The position numbers were made by a program, and so were the translations under genes. From an uncultured Gammaproteobacteria bacterium (GTDB lineage Bacteria > Pseudomonadota > Gammaproteobacteria > JACCXJ01): a stretch of DNA of 64,000 nucleotides. Below the pieces are notes generated by a model, which had not been told where the DNA came from, ran no database searches, and worked only from the letters and a program-made list of their open reading frames with translations. Of the stretch, positions 50,467 to 63,568 are shown one piece after another; within the stretch, counting starts at the first letter, position 1, and every line of letters starts with the position of its first letter. The DNA lies in the NCBI GenBank assembly GCA_963764725.1, contig CAVXTM010000001.1, positions 352,001 through 416,000 of the forward strand, in the 5' to 3' direction.

Positions 50467-50661
50467 TGTGAATTCCCTGTGAACAATCCCATACGCATGA
50501 TCCCCATTTCATCTTGTTCATCTTTTATCCACAGAAAGTACGCTCTGTTACTACCTAAATATCCACCAAAAGCTACGCATTTAAGCTCCTGTTTATTAGA
50601 CCAAGCTTTAGATCGATGCAGTTAAACTGCTTTGCACTAATAGCGAAATTAATACAAGCCT
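50467..50661. promoter_or_regulatory. DnaA-box-containing dnaA-dnaN spacer (possible oriC element)
   Basis: Perfect TTATCCACA at 50525-50533; TGTGAACAA at 50478-50486; AT-rich. Confidence 0.55.
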
Positions 50662-51762
50662 ATGAAATTATCTATTGAGCGTGAGAGGCTCCTTTCGCCG
50701 TTGCAAAAGTTAAGTGGGATCCTGGATCGAAATCAATCCACCCCCATTCTGGGCCATGTGTTGGTGTCGGCACGCGAAGATTCTGTGTCATGCTCCGCGA
50801 CCGACATGGAAGTGGAGCTTGTCGTTGTTGTCGAGCAAGGTGCGGCGGAGGCCGGTGAGATAACCCTTCCGGGAAGGAAGCTATTAGACATCTGTCGGGC
50901 GCTGCCGTCCGCGTCACGAATCGATATTTCTTGCCAAAGTGGTCAGGCCGTCATTCGTTCCGGTAGAAGCCGTTTTACGCTGCAAACACTGCCGGCAGCC
51001 GAGTTCCCAAGCTTTACCGCGTTTTCTCCGCGAGTGACCTTCGATATTACAAGCCGACAATTACGGGCACTTCTTGAAGAAACTCATTTTGCTATGGCCC
51101 AGCAGGATGTCAGATATTATTTAAACGGCCTCTTAATCGAGATTGGCCCGGGCAGGATCCGGGCGGTAGCCACGGATGGGCATCGGCTAGCCCTCAAAGA
51201 CATACCAGCAAGTCCTGCTGTAGTGGAACCGATGCAAATTATTGTACCTAGAAAAGCGGTTATTGAATTGCTCAAGATGCTGGATGGGGACGACGGCGAA
51301 GCCAGCCTATCGATTAGCGATAACCACTTTCAGGTACAAGGAGTGAATGGCACGTTTACTTCCAAACTTATTGATGGGCGATATCCAGACTACGAGAGGG
51401 TGTTACCGCATAACACAAACAAGATCGTGATCGCCGATCGGGAGTTGCTGCGACAGGGTCTGGCGCGAAGCGCTATCTTATGTACCGACCGTTTCAAGGG
51501 CGTACGTATTTCGCTCGATCGAGATACATTACGCTCATGCGGTCAAAATGCGGAGCGGGAGGAATCGGAAGAACAGATCGAGGTTAGCTACAACGATGAC
51601 TTTCTGGAAGTAGGTTTTAACATTATCTATTTGATCGATGCGCTTGCGGCGATTAAAACGTCCCAGGTACGGCTTGAATTTAAGGATACGGGTAGCAGTT
51701 GTGTGATTAGGCCGGACGGGGATTCGACGAACCTCTATGTTGTTATGCCTATGCGAATTTGA
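50662..51762 (+). CDS. dnaN: DNA polymerase III beta clamp
   Basis: AMAQQDVRYYLNG, VATDGHRLA, SKLIDGRYPDY, VVMPMRI. Confidence 0.98.
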   Translation: MKLSIERERLLSPLQKLSGILDRNQSTPILGHVLVSAREDSVSCSATDMEVELVVVVEQGAAEAGEITLPGRKLLDICRALPSASRIDISCQSGQAVIRSGRSRFTLQTLPAAEFPSFTAFSPRVTFDITSRQLRALLEETHFAMAQQDVRYYLNGLLIEIGPGRIRAVATDGHRLALKDIPASPAVVEPMQIIVPRKAVIELLKMLDGDDGEASLSISDNHFQVQGVNGTFTSKLIDGRYPDYERVLPHNTNKIVIADRELLRQGLARSAILCTDRFKGVRISLDRDTLRSCGQNAEREESEEQIEVSYNDDFLEVGFNIIYLIDALAAIKTSQVRLEFKDTGSSCVIRPDGDSTNLYVVMPMRI

Positions 51763-51805
51763 AAGGTGTGTTTTCTTAAGGCTTGCTGTGTGAATATGGT
51801 TTAGA

Positions 51806-51821
51806 CGTTTCACGTGGAACA
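51806..51821. promoter_or_regulatory. parS-like centromere site
   Basis: CGTTTCACGTGGAACA vs consensus TGTTTCACGTGAAACA. Confidence 0.8.
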
Positions 51822-51837
51822 TAGGCGGCTGTGGTAA

Positions 51838-54273
<2,436 letters not shown>

Positions 54274-54298
54274 GCGCGAGATAGCAAGAACACCGGTG

Positions 54299-54979
54299 CT
54301 AAGCGTTGCCATCGATAAGCACCGCTTTTATCGGTACGCGCGCGGCAACCCACACATCGACTCGCCTCACCCCCTCGGTACGTAATAAAACCGCGAGCTC
54401 GCGGGCTGTGTGGCCTGTCGTCATTACGTCGTCGACCAGGGCGACGTGGTGATATCGCACAGGTTGGTTTAACCGAAACGCGCGACGCACGTTGCGGCGT
54501 CGCGCTTTAGCCGCTAGGCTAGCCTGTGGAATCGTCTTTCGAGTCCGGACGGCCGCGTCGTGCAGCAACGGGATCCCGAGGCATTCGGCGAGGGGCTTAG
54601 CGAGTTCAACTGCTTGGTTATAGCCGCGGTTGAAGAGGCGTTTCCAGTGCAGGGGAATGGGAATCAAGCACTCGGGCAAGTCGGTCTGTAAGCGCGCAAT
54701 CTGTTGATACATTAGACGCGCAACGAGTTCCGCGTAAGCGAGGCGTTGCGAGAACTTGATCGCTTTGATCAGCATATCGACAGGGAAGGCATAGTGATAC
54801 GGAGCGAAGCACAGTCCAAAGGGCGGCGGGTGTTGTAGGCAGGTACCGCAGATCGTATTCACCGGTAACGGGAGAGCACAGGTGCGGCATGCGTTTGTAT
54901 TCGCCGGCAGGGCCTCGGAACAAGCTTGGCAGAGGAAGCCTATTGAGCGGATCCGAGCATCGCAAAGGACACAGTGCAT
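54299..54979 (-). CDS. comF: ComF family amidophosphoribosyltransferase-like protein
   Basis: CxxC pairs, [15 protein letters not shown]. Confidence 0.9.
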   Translation of the reverse strand: MHCVLCDARIRSIGFLCQACSEALPANTNACRTCALPLPVNTICGTCLQHPPPFGLCFAPYHYAFPVDMLIKAIKFSQRLAYAELVARLMYQQIARLQTDLPECLIPIPLHWKRLFNRGYNQAVELAKPLAECLGIPLLHDAAVRTRKTIPQASLAAKARRRNVRRAFRLNQPVRYHHVALVDDVMTTGHTARELAVLLRTEGVRRVDVWVAARVPIKAVLIDGNA

Positions 54980-55051
54980 GGGCTATCCGTTAATCGGCAA
55001 GGGCGCGCGTACCGGTTTAATAACGTGGCTAATGAAGACACACTTAACACC

Positions 55052-56047
55052 ATGATGAACGCGCGTACAAGGGGCTCTTTGTTTTCCGATCCGGCTCTGA
55101 AACTCCGAGAGCTTAGGCATGATTGGAAAACAACAGAGGCTATATATTTATATAGTCTTCCATTTTCGGATCTTCTGTTTCGAGCGCAAAGCGTTCATCG
55201 GCGACATTTTAAGTCCAATACTGTTCAGCTCAGCACATTGCTTAATATCAAGGCCGGGGGTTGTCCGGAAGACTGCGCGTATTGCCCGCAGAGCGCGCGC
55301 TACGTCACTTCGGTAAAAGCCGCACGCATGCTTGATGTTGCCATGGTCACGGAGGCGGCCGAAAAGGCTAAACGCGAAGGGGCGACAAGGTTTTGCATGG
55401 GGGCCGCTTGGCGTAGCCCGCGTCGGGATGATCTGGAGCGCGTGCTTGAAATGGTGAGTGCGGTCAAGTGCCTCGGCTTGGAAACATGCGCGACGCTGGG
55501 CATGTTAACGGCGGAACAAGCCGAGGCGCTAAAAGACGCAGGGCTCGATTATTACAACCACAACCTCGATACCTCCTCCGCGTACTACCCTCGAATTATC
55601 ACTACACGAACGTATGAGGACAGGTTGCGCACCCTCCGGCATGTGAGAGCCGCAGGGATGCGGGTATGTTGCGGTGGGATCATCGGTCTGGGCGAGAGCC
55701 GTCGCGATCGCTGTTCTTTATTGATGACCCTCGCCAACCTTCCTGAACATCCCGAAAGCGTGCCGATCAATCTTTTGGTGCGGGTTGAGGGAACGCCGCT
55801 GGGCGCTACCGAGATCCCGGATCCCTTCGAGATGGTGCGCACCATTGCGCTCGCGCGCATCTTAATGCCCGCATCCTACGTAAGGTTATCGGCCGGCAGG
55901 AGCAGCATGTCGGATGAGCTGCAAGCCCTTTGTTTTCTTGCCGGAGCTAACTCTGTGTTTTATGGAGAGCAGCTCTTGACGACGGAGAATCCCGCGGCAG
56001 CTCATGATCGGCGGCTATTTCACCGCCTCGGGATAACGCCAGCTTGA
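55052..56047 (+). CDS. bioB: Biotin synthase (radical SAM)
   Basis: [25 protein letters not shown]; start probably ATG 55052/55055. Confidence 0.97.
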   Translation: MMNARTRGSLFSDPALKLRELRHDWKTTEAIYLYSLPFSDLLFRAQSVHRRHFKSNTVQLSTLLNIKAGGCPEDCAYCPQSARYVTSVKAARMLDVAMVTEAAEKAKREGATRFCMGAAWRSPRRDDLERVLEMVSAVKCLGLETCATLGMLTAEQAEALKDAGLDYYNHNLDTSSAYYPRIITTRTYEDRLRTLRHVRAAGMRVCCGGIIGLGESRRDRCSLLMTLANLPEHPESVPINLLVRVEGTPLGATEIPDPFEMVRTIALARILMPASYVRLSAGRSSMSDELQALCFLAGANSVFYGEQLLTTENPAAAHDRRLFHRLGITPA

Positions 56048-56175
56048 ACTCTTCGGTCTTATACGTACGAAATGTTGGTCGTAACAATGTTTGGCTTCGG
56101 TCCTCTTGCAGCCGGTTCCGGATAAAGCAAGGATATCGAGGGCGAAGAAAGTAAGCATGAAGAAGAAATGCAAGG

Positions 56176-57375
56176 ATGGCAGCACTGAATAGCGATGCTA
56201 ACGCGCCAGCGTTCGACACAGTCCTGCTTGCTGGACTGCAACACCTCAAAGAGCACTATCAATATCGCACACGCTGGGTTAAAGAAGCCGCAGAAGGTCC
56301 GGAGATCGAAGTCGAAGGTCGTCGCTATGTCGATTTCTCCAGCAACGATTATCTCGGTTTAAGCGGCGACCCGCGCGTTGTTACCGCGTTTCGGCGTGGT
56401 TTGGGGCGCTATGGCGCCGGGGCCGGGGCGTCGCATCTGGTCTCGGGTCATTGTCAGCCTCATCACGCGCTGGAAGTGGAATTGGCAGCGTTTACCGGCC
56501 GGCCCAGGGCGCTGCTATTCTCGACAGGCTATCTGGCGAACCTCGGGATCGCCAGCGCGTTGTTTCGGCGAAACGATACCGTGATCCAGGATCGGGCCAA
56601 CCATGCCTCGCTGGTCGATGCGGCGATCCTCGCGCACGCACGCCTGGTGCGTTATCCCCATCGCGATATCGGGGCGCTTGAACGCCTGCTTTCAAAGGGC
56701 CGGGGCGGGAGCACCTATGTCGTGACCGATGCTGTTTTTAGCATGGACGGGGGCCTCGCACCTTTGGTCGAAATCGCCGCCTTGTGCGCGCGGCACGAAG
56801 CGGTGTTGGTGGTTGATGATGCGCATGGGTTCGGCGTGTTGGGAGCGGATGGGGCGGGCGCCTTGAATCAGCTCGGGCTTGGGCTTCAGGAGGCGCCGAT
56901 CCTCATGGCCACCTGCGGTAAGGCATTGGGCGTATTCGGGGCGTTTGTGGCGGGTTCGGAGCCCCTCATCGAAACACTCATTCAGCGTGCCCGGAGTTAT
57001 ATTTACACCACGGCGATGCCGCCAGCGATGGCCGAAGCAGTGCGCGAAAGCCTCGCGTTGCTGCGTCTCGAGGGGTGGCGTAGGACGCATTTGCAGACGC
57101 TCATCGAACACTTCAGGGCTGGGGCGCGACGCCTTGGGGTAAAGCTTGGCGACTCCCGTACACCGATCCAGCCGGTCATTATAGGTCACAGCCGCACGAC
57201 CTTGGAGGTGGCGGCATTTCTGCGGCGCAACGGATACTACGTCGTCGCTTTCCGGCCACCAACGGTGCCGAAGGGTACGGCCCGATTGCGGATCACCCTC
57301 ACGGCAAATCACACGCCAGCGCATGTCAATGGGTTACTGGCGACGCTCACCGAGATCCCATGCGCTGTTTCATAG
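56176..57375 (+). CDS. bioF: 8-amino-7-oxononanoate synthase
   Basis: FSSNDYLGL, DDAHGFG, TCGKALG, RPPTVPKG. Confidence 0.96.
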   Translation: MAALNSDANAPAFDTVLLAGLQHLKEHYQYRTRWVKEAAEGPEIEVEGRRYVDFSSNDYLGLSGDPRVVTAFRRGLGRYGAGAGASHLVSGHCQPHHALEVELAAFTGRPRALLFSTGYLANLGIASALFRRNDTVIQDRANHASLVDAAILAHARLVRYPHRDIGALERLLSKGRGGSTYVVTDAVFSMDGGLAPLVEIAALCARHEAVLVVDDAHGFGVLGADGAGALNQLGLGLQEAPILMATCGKALGVFGAFVAGSEPLIETLIQRARSYIYTTAMPPAMAEAVRESLALLRLEGWRRTHLQTLIEHFRAGARRLGVKLGDSRTPIQPVIIGHSRTTLEVAAFLRRNGYYVVAFRPPTVPKGTARLRITLTANHTPAHVNGLLATLTEIPCAVS

Positions 57376-57658
57376 AACGGCGAGGGCAGGGTATCCCGCT
57401 GCTCTTCATTCACGGGCGGGGATTCACCGGCTCGATCTGGGACGAATTCATCGGGGGCTAACACAGGCTCTGAGCAGGATGGAGACCACCGCGTCAGCTA
57501 TACTACGAGACCGCGATCCCTTAACTCCGGTTCGTGTTGCCGATCCTCTGATGCGCTTGTCTCCGCGTTTATGCACCTACGTCATCGCTGGCGCGGGGCA
57601 TGTGCCTTTTGTCTCGCATCAATACGAGACCCGGCGGGTGTTGCGAGAGTTGTTTTGA
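57360..57658 (+). pseudogene. bioH: bioH with large internal deletion
   Basis: MRCFIERRGQGIPLLFIHGRGFTGSIWDEFIGG* joined to ..DRDPLTP..AGAGHVPFVSH; GxSxG region absent; sits between bioF and bioC. Confidence 0.8.
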
Positions 57659-58563
57659 TGCCAACAACCTTTCCGGACGCCTATCGGCTTGATAAAAAGC
57701 GCTTGGCGGCCGCGTTTAATCGCGCGGCGCCGAGCTATGACCGGCACGCCGTGTTACAGCAAACCGTGGCCATGCGCATGCTGGAGCGTCTAGCGCTAGT
57801 AAAGATTACTCCCAGGAGGGTGCTGGATGCGGGCGCTGGCACGGGTTACGCCGCGGGCTTTTTGCGCCGCACCTATCGGCCCGAGGCGCTTGTGGCCTTC
57901 GATATTGCCCACGGAATGCTGCGGCAGGCACGGAGGCATGCACCGAGTTTCTTATCGCGCCAGGTTTATCTTTGCGGCGATGTGGAACGCCTGCCCTTAG
58001 CCGCGGAAAGTATCGACCTCGCGTTCTCCAATCTCTCGCTGCAATGGTGCAACGATCTCGACCGGGTGCTCGAAGAATTCCGCCGGGTTCTGACTACCCA
58101 AGGGCTCTTGATGTTTTCGACCTTCGGGCCGGATACGCTCGGCGAGCTACGGGCAAGTTGGGCGAAGGTGGATAAGCGAATTCACGTTCATGGATTCGCC
58201 GATATGCACGACATCGGTGATGCGCTCATTCGCGCCGGCTTCAGTGGCCCGGTGCTGGACGTCGAGCGTTTCACGATGACCTACCCTGATGCCTATGCGC
58301 TGATGCGGGATCTGAAAACGATCGGGGCGGTTAACGCGGCGCAAGGCCGCCATCGCGGTCTCACCGGCAAAGGTCAATTGACAGCGCTTGTGAACGAATA
58401 CGAACGCTTTCGCTGTCACGGCTTGCTACCGGCGACCTTCGAAGTCGTTTATGGGCATGCGTGGGTACCGGAAGCCGGGGTGCGGGCGCAGGACGGAAGC
58501 ACGGTCGCGGCGTTTCCCATCGAACAGCTTAGAAGCGCTATCAAGGTGCGCTTACCGCACTGA
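57658..58563 (+). CDS. bioC: Malonyl-ACP O-methyltransferase
   Basis: AFNRAAPSYD, LDAGAGTG, FSTFGPDTL, ATFEVVYG; TGATG overlap. Confidence 0.95.
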   Translation: MPTTFPDAYRLDKKRLAAAFNRAAPSYDRHAVLQQTVAMRMLERLALVKITPRRVLDAGAGTGYAAGFLRRTYRPEALVAFDIAHGMLRQARRHAPSFLSRQVYLCGDVERLPLAAESIDLAFSNLSLQWCNDLDRVLEEFRRVLTTQGLLMFSTFGPDTLGELRASWAKVDKRIHVHGFADMHDIGDALIRAGFSGPVLDVERFTMTYPDAYALMRDLKTIGAVNAAQGRHRGLTGKGQLTALVNEYERFRCHGLLPATFEVVYGHAWVPEAGVRAQDGSTVAAFPIEQLRSAIKVRLPH

Positions 58564-59301
<738 letters not shown>

Positions 59302-59627
59302 CCCCTTCGATTCATCTCGGGACATGCTGGTTAGACTTCTATCTCCGCAACCATGACTTTCCGAAGGCCTATTCAAAAATCGCCGCATAATGTACTTTGT
59401 TAATTGCAAAGAAGTCACGTTGGAAGACTCTAATAGCCAGCGGCTTTCGACCACGAACGACTTGAAACTCATCTGACGTCGCTCGTCACTGGCAGGGGGA
59501 TCGGAATCTGCCAATGCCTAGGCGTCTTGTACTTTCCGATCCGGATGGGTTCGCTTGGTGACGAGGCCGCGCGGCGGCCATTTACGCGCGCGTTTGGTTG
59601 CTGGCGACACATGAAGAGGAGACGAAC

Positions 59628-61613
59628 ATGCCTCACGTCAACTTTGGCACAAAAGAGGAACCCGGTTTCGAACTCAAGGAGAGTCCCGACTTGATCGCGG
59701 TGCGAACTCGCAGTCGCCGATCGGTGGTGGGGGTGGGGCCGGTGTCTCAGCCGAGCGCCGCCGAAGTGAGCGATGGAACACTGGTGGCGAGCTTCCCCGA
59801 TGCGGGGGTGGAAGTCTATCGTGTCCCCACCACCCGCCGATCCGTGGACAAACGTAAGTTGGCATTGCGCGCGATGCCGGACGTGCGGTTCGCTGGGTCG
59901 GTCCTCGTTCAACCCAAGACTGGAAAGCCGGTGCTCTATAGCGAGAACATCTATATCCGGTTCAAGGAGACCGTCGATCCCGACGACTGCGAGACGATCC
60001 TTCGCGAGGCTGGACTGACAATTAAGGAGCGGCTGGAATTCGCGACCAACGCGTACTTCGTAGCTGCTCCGGAAGGGACCGGACAGAAAGTGTTCGACGT
60101 CGCTTCGGATCTGTTGAAGCGAAAGGATGTCATCTATTGTCACCCGGAACTGCTCGAGACGCGGGCGCTCAAGGGGATCTTTCCGCAGCAGTGGCACCTC
60201 AAACTGACGACCGTCGGCGGAGTGGCGATAAACGCCCATGCAAACGTCGAGGCGGCCCACACGATCGCCAAGGGGGCCGGGGTCACGATCGCGGTCATCG
60301 ACGATGGCGTGGACATCGACCATCCCGAGTTCGGCGGGTCGGGCAAGATCGTCGCGCCGCGTGACGCGACACTCCAGACCGATGATCCGCGGCCGAAGGC
60401 AAACGCTGAAAAACACGGTACCGCGTGCGCCGGCGTCGCCAGTGGCATCGGCCTCGACGGCGCATCCGGCGTGGCACCATCGGCCAGGTTGATGCCGATC
60501 CGACTGGCATCCGCGCTCGGCTCCGTTCGCGAAGCCGAAGCGTTTCGGTGGGCGGCCGATAATGGGGCCGATGTCATTTCGTGCAGTTGGGGCCCAGAGG
60601 ATGGAGCGTGGTGGGATCCCAGCGATCCCGCACACACCGCGCCCGTCCAGCTTCGGGCCAGCACGCGCGACGCCATCGACTATGCCGTCACGAATGGTCG
60701 TGGCGGGAAGGGATGCGTGATCCTGTTCGCAGCGGGGAACGGGAACGAGTCCGTCGAGTTCGACGGGTACGCGAGCTACGAGAAGGTGATCGCCGTGGCG
60801 GCGTGCAATGACCTGGGCAAGCGGAGCGTTTACAGCGACTTCGGCAAGGCCGTCTGGTGTGCCTTCCCCAGCAGCGATATCGGCCACGCCCCGTTCAATC
60901 ATCCTGAACCGCTGACTGACGGGATCTGGACCACCGATCGGCTCGGCCAGCGAGGCTATAACCCGGGCGACCCGCAGTTCGGTGACGCCGCCGGAAAGTA
61001 CACGAACAGCTTTGGCGGCACGTCTAGCTCGTGCCCGGGTGCGGCGGGTGTGGCGGCCCTGGTTCTGTCCGCGAACGCGACCCTGCGTTGGAACGAGGTC
61101 AAGGACATCCTTCGCCGAGCGTGCGACCGGATTGATCCGCAGGGTGGCGCCTACAGCGCCAGCGGGCACAGCAAGTTTTACGGTCACGGACGGCTGAACG
61201 CTGAGACCGCAGTCAAACTCGCGAAGCAAGCGGTCGGGAAGCTGGTCATCGTCAACAAGGTGCTCAATGAATCCATTCCGGATCTCGGCAGTGTGGAAGG
61301 GACTGTGGACGTTACGGAGACGACCCCCGTCGAAAAGCTCGCCATCTCCGTCCGGCTGCAACATACCTACATCGGGGATCTGGTGATCACTTGCCGTACC
61401 GCCCGCCGGCAGCGGACTTCCGAAGGTCGTCCTACACAATCGCTCCGGCGGCAGCCGGAACGATATCGACCGGCAGTACGACCCATCGAACACCCAGAGG
61501 TTGACCGCGTATTCCGGGATGAAGTGCAACGGAACCTGGACGGTGCGGGTCGAGGACAAGGCCGCGCAGGACTCAGGGACGCTGAATGGAAATTGGGTTG
61601 CACATGTTCCTGA
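59628..61613 (+). CDS. S8 subtilisin/kexin-like serine protease; C-terminal P-domain frameshifted
   Basis: VIDDG (Asp), HGTACAG (His), AAGN, GGTSSSCP (Ser); P-domain HTYIGDL continues in +1 frame after ~61392. Confidence 0.85.
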   Translation: MPHVNFGTKEEPGFELKESPDLIAVRTRSRRSVVGVGPVSQPSAAEVSDGTLVASFPDAGVEVYRVPTTRRSVDKRKLALRAMPDVRFAGSVLVQPKTGKPVLYSENIYIRFKETVDPDDCETILREAGLTIKERLEFATNAYFVAAPEGTGQKVFDVASDLLKRKDVIYCHPELLETRALKGIFPQQWHLKLTTVGGVAINAHANVEAAHTIAKGAGVTIAVIDDGVDIDHPEFGGSGKIVAPRDATLQTDDPRPKANAEKHGTACAGVASGIGLDGASGVAPSARLMPIRLASALGSVREAEAFRWAADNGADVISCSWGPEDGAWWDPSDPAHTAPVQLRASTRDAIDYAVTNGRGGKGCVILFAAGNGNESVEFDGYASYEKVIAVAACNDLGKRSVYSDFGKAVWCAFPSSDIGHAPFNHPEPLTDGIWTTDRLGQRGYNPGDPQFGDAAGKYTNSFGGTSSSCPGAAGVAALVLSANATLRWNEVKDILRRACDRIDPQGGAYSASGHSKFYGHGRLNAETAVKLAKQAVGKLVIVNKVLNESIPDLGSVEGTVDVTETTPVEKLAISVRLQHTYIGDLVITCRTARRQRTSEGRPTQSLRRQPERYRPAVRPIEHPEVDRVFRDEVQRNLDGAGRGQGRAGLRDAEWKLGCTCS

Positions 61614-61839
61614 CAACGGCCCAACCGAGTGATGGGGGGGCCACCCCAAACGAGGCCCACGTTCCGGGACGAAGCACATCGAGGCGCGAGAAGTCGGCGG
61701 GCTCCAGCGCCCGTAAGAAGACGAAGCATTGACAGGCGGCAACGGCTCGTGGGGGGCGCGATCCGGATTGGGAAGCCCGTGCTTTGCCTTTGCGTCCGAC
61801 GAGGAGCATGACGCCCCTCCATCGAAGATGAGCAACCGC

Positions 61840-62029
61840 CGGGGAATTATTTCAAACCGCGAGATTGAGCGCTGTTGCCGGGAGAAGATTATTTATGGCG
61901 CTAAGTGCGGATACCCAGCCGCATTTCAGCACCCCTGCCAATTTTATTTCTTCGATGAGCGAGGAGATCCCACTATTGTTTCGCGATGTGCTGTTTTACT
62001 GTGATGAGATGGGATTGATCGGCCGGAAG
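61840..62029 (+). mobile_element. IS1182-like transposase fragment
   Basis: RGIISNREIERCCREKI / MALSADTQPHFST / NFISSMSEEIPLLFRDVLFYCDEMGLIGR with frameshifts. Confidence 0.65.
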
Positions 62030-62124
62030 CCCTTTCGCTGAAATGCGATGATAGGCTGAACAGTTACCACGCTTCATCCTATCTACCCATTCCGGCTTCA
62101 TCGGCCGGGAAGTCGATTCACCAC

Positions 62125-62182
62125 TTGACATTGCAAGTCCGCCGGCTAGAATACCATCCATATGGATGGTATGTGGATGGTA
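62125..62182 (+). promoter_or_regulatory. sigma70 promoter overlapped by a palindromic operator
   Basis: TTGACA (62125)-16 bp-TAGAAT (62147); perfect 22-bp palindrome ATACCATCCATATGGATGGTAT (62151-62172) plus extra half-site TGGATGGTA (62174-62182). Confidence 0.75.
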
Positions 62183-62201
62183 GGAGCGTCGCGGAGGGTT
62201 T

Positions 62202-62619
62202 ATGAGCGTGCAGGATCTGCGGTCGAAAGCAAGCGACAGCGAGAAGATTACGATTAATCTCGGGTTCATCGATCTGGGGCAGATTGACTTGTTGGTGCAC
62301 GAACGAAGGGTTTTATTCCAACCGCACTGACTTCATCCGCACTGCGATACGCAACCAACTGACAACGCATGCCGAGGTAGTGAAACTGACCGTGGCCCGA
62401 AAGACCTTGGTTCTCGGCCTGCAGGATTTCAGCCGCGAGGATCCTGAGACCGTGCAGGCGGCCGGACAGAAGCTCCAGATCCAGGTCCTCGGTCTGGCCC
62501 GCATTGCCCAGGATGTGTCGCCCGAACTGGCCCGCGCCACCATCGATTCAGTCACCGTATTGGGTGCTTTGCACGCGAGTGCGGCAGTCAAGGTTGCCTT
62601 AGCCGATCGGATCCACTAA
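62202..62619 (+). pseudogene. CopG/RHH-family regulator, frameshifted by 4-bp duplication
   Basis: SEKITINLGFIDLGQIDLLVHE / GFYSNRTDFIRTAIRNQL; CGAACGAA at 62300-62307. Confidence 0.85.
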
Positions 62620-62872
62620 TCAGCAGAGCGAGGTATGGGATATGAACGAGGCAATGCGCGCTGGGATGCTAAAGGCCACCCGCCTGATCCGCGCACGCGG
62701 GCTCCTCGAGGCCACCGTCACGATTCAACGCACGCTGCGGAGCATCGTCGCGCCGCACGCTGCGGCCGATTCCCCCGGTCCGACCACGGATGGGTCAATC
62801 GAGGGCACCTTTCGTGTCATTGATGCCGACTCCGTCGCTTCGCCTGGTAGTGCCGATGTACGCCAAAGACCT

Positions 62873-62976
62873 GTTCACGGGCCGTCCACACGCTTCCGCG
62901 CGCCGCGGCGTCCCCATTTCTGGGGTTCACGGGCCGTCCACACGGTTCCGCGCGCCGCGGCGTCCGCATTGCTGGG
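62873..62976 (+). repeat. 52-bp tandem duplication (3 mismatches)
   Basis: GTTCACGGGCCGTCCACACG[C/G]TTCCGCGCGCCGCGGCGTCC[C/G]CATT[T/G]CTGGG x2. Confidence 0.92.
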
Positions 62977-63500
62977 GAAACTACGAGCCGGCATCCCAGC
63001 CCGCCCCCGCTCCAGACCGAGCATGCGACGTGGTGCCCGGGGGGCGGTTCCTCACCGGGTCCTACACCAATCAGGCGGGAACTCGCGCCTACAAGCTGTA
63101 CATTCCCAGTGGCTACCATGGGCAGACGCTGCCCTTAGTCGTTATGCTCCATGGCTGTACGCAGACCCCCGACGATTTCGCCGCCGGCACCGGCATGAAT
63201 GTGCTCGCCGAAGAACACCAGTGCTTCGTGGTGTATCCTGCCCAGGCGCCTGCCGCCAATGGGTCGAAATGTTGGAATTGGTTCAATGCGGCTGACCAGC
63301 ACCGCGACCAGGGAGAGCCATCCATCATTGCCGGTATCACCCGTCGAATCGTCGGCACCTACCCCGTCGACGCGCGGCGGGTCTACGTGGCTGGACTATC
63401 AGCCGGCGGGGCGATGGCCGCGATCATGGGGATGACCTACACCGATCTTTATGCGGCCGTCGGCATCCATTCCGGGCTTCCCTACGCTGTCGCCCACGAT

Positions 63501-63568
63501 CTTCCTTCCGCCTAACCGCGATGAAGCAGGGCGCCTTCCTTCCGCCCTAACCGCGATGAAGCAGGGCG
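63501..63568 (+). repeat. 34-bp tandem duplication
   Basis: CTTCCTTCCGCC(C)TAACCGCGATGAAGCAGGGCG x2; the first copy lacks one C, creating an in-frame TAA. Confidence 0.92.

Noticed and set aside
54980-55051. BirA operator upstream of bioB
   Set aside because: No convincing TGTAAAC-N14/16-GTTTACA-type palindrome
59469-61835. 788-aa minus-strand ORF
   Set aside because: Antisense shadow of the GC-rich S8 protease gene; no recognisable motifs
62873-63568. Repeats considered as a CRISPR array
   Set aside because: Only two adjacent copies each, no spacers, no cas genes; they are intragenic duplications
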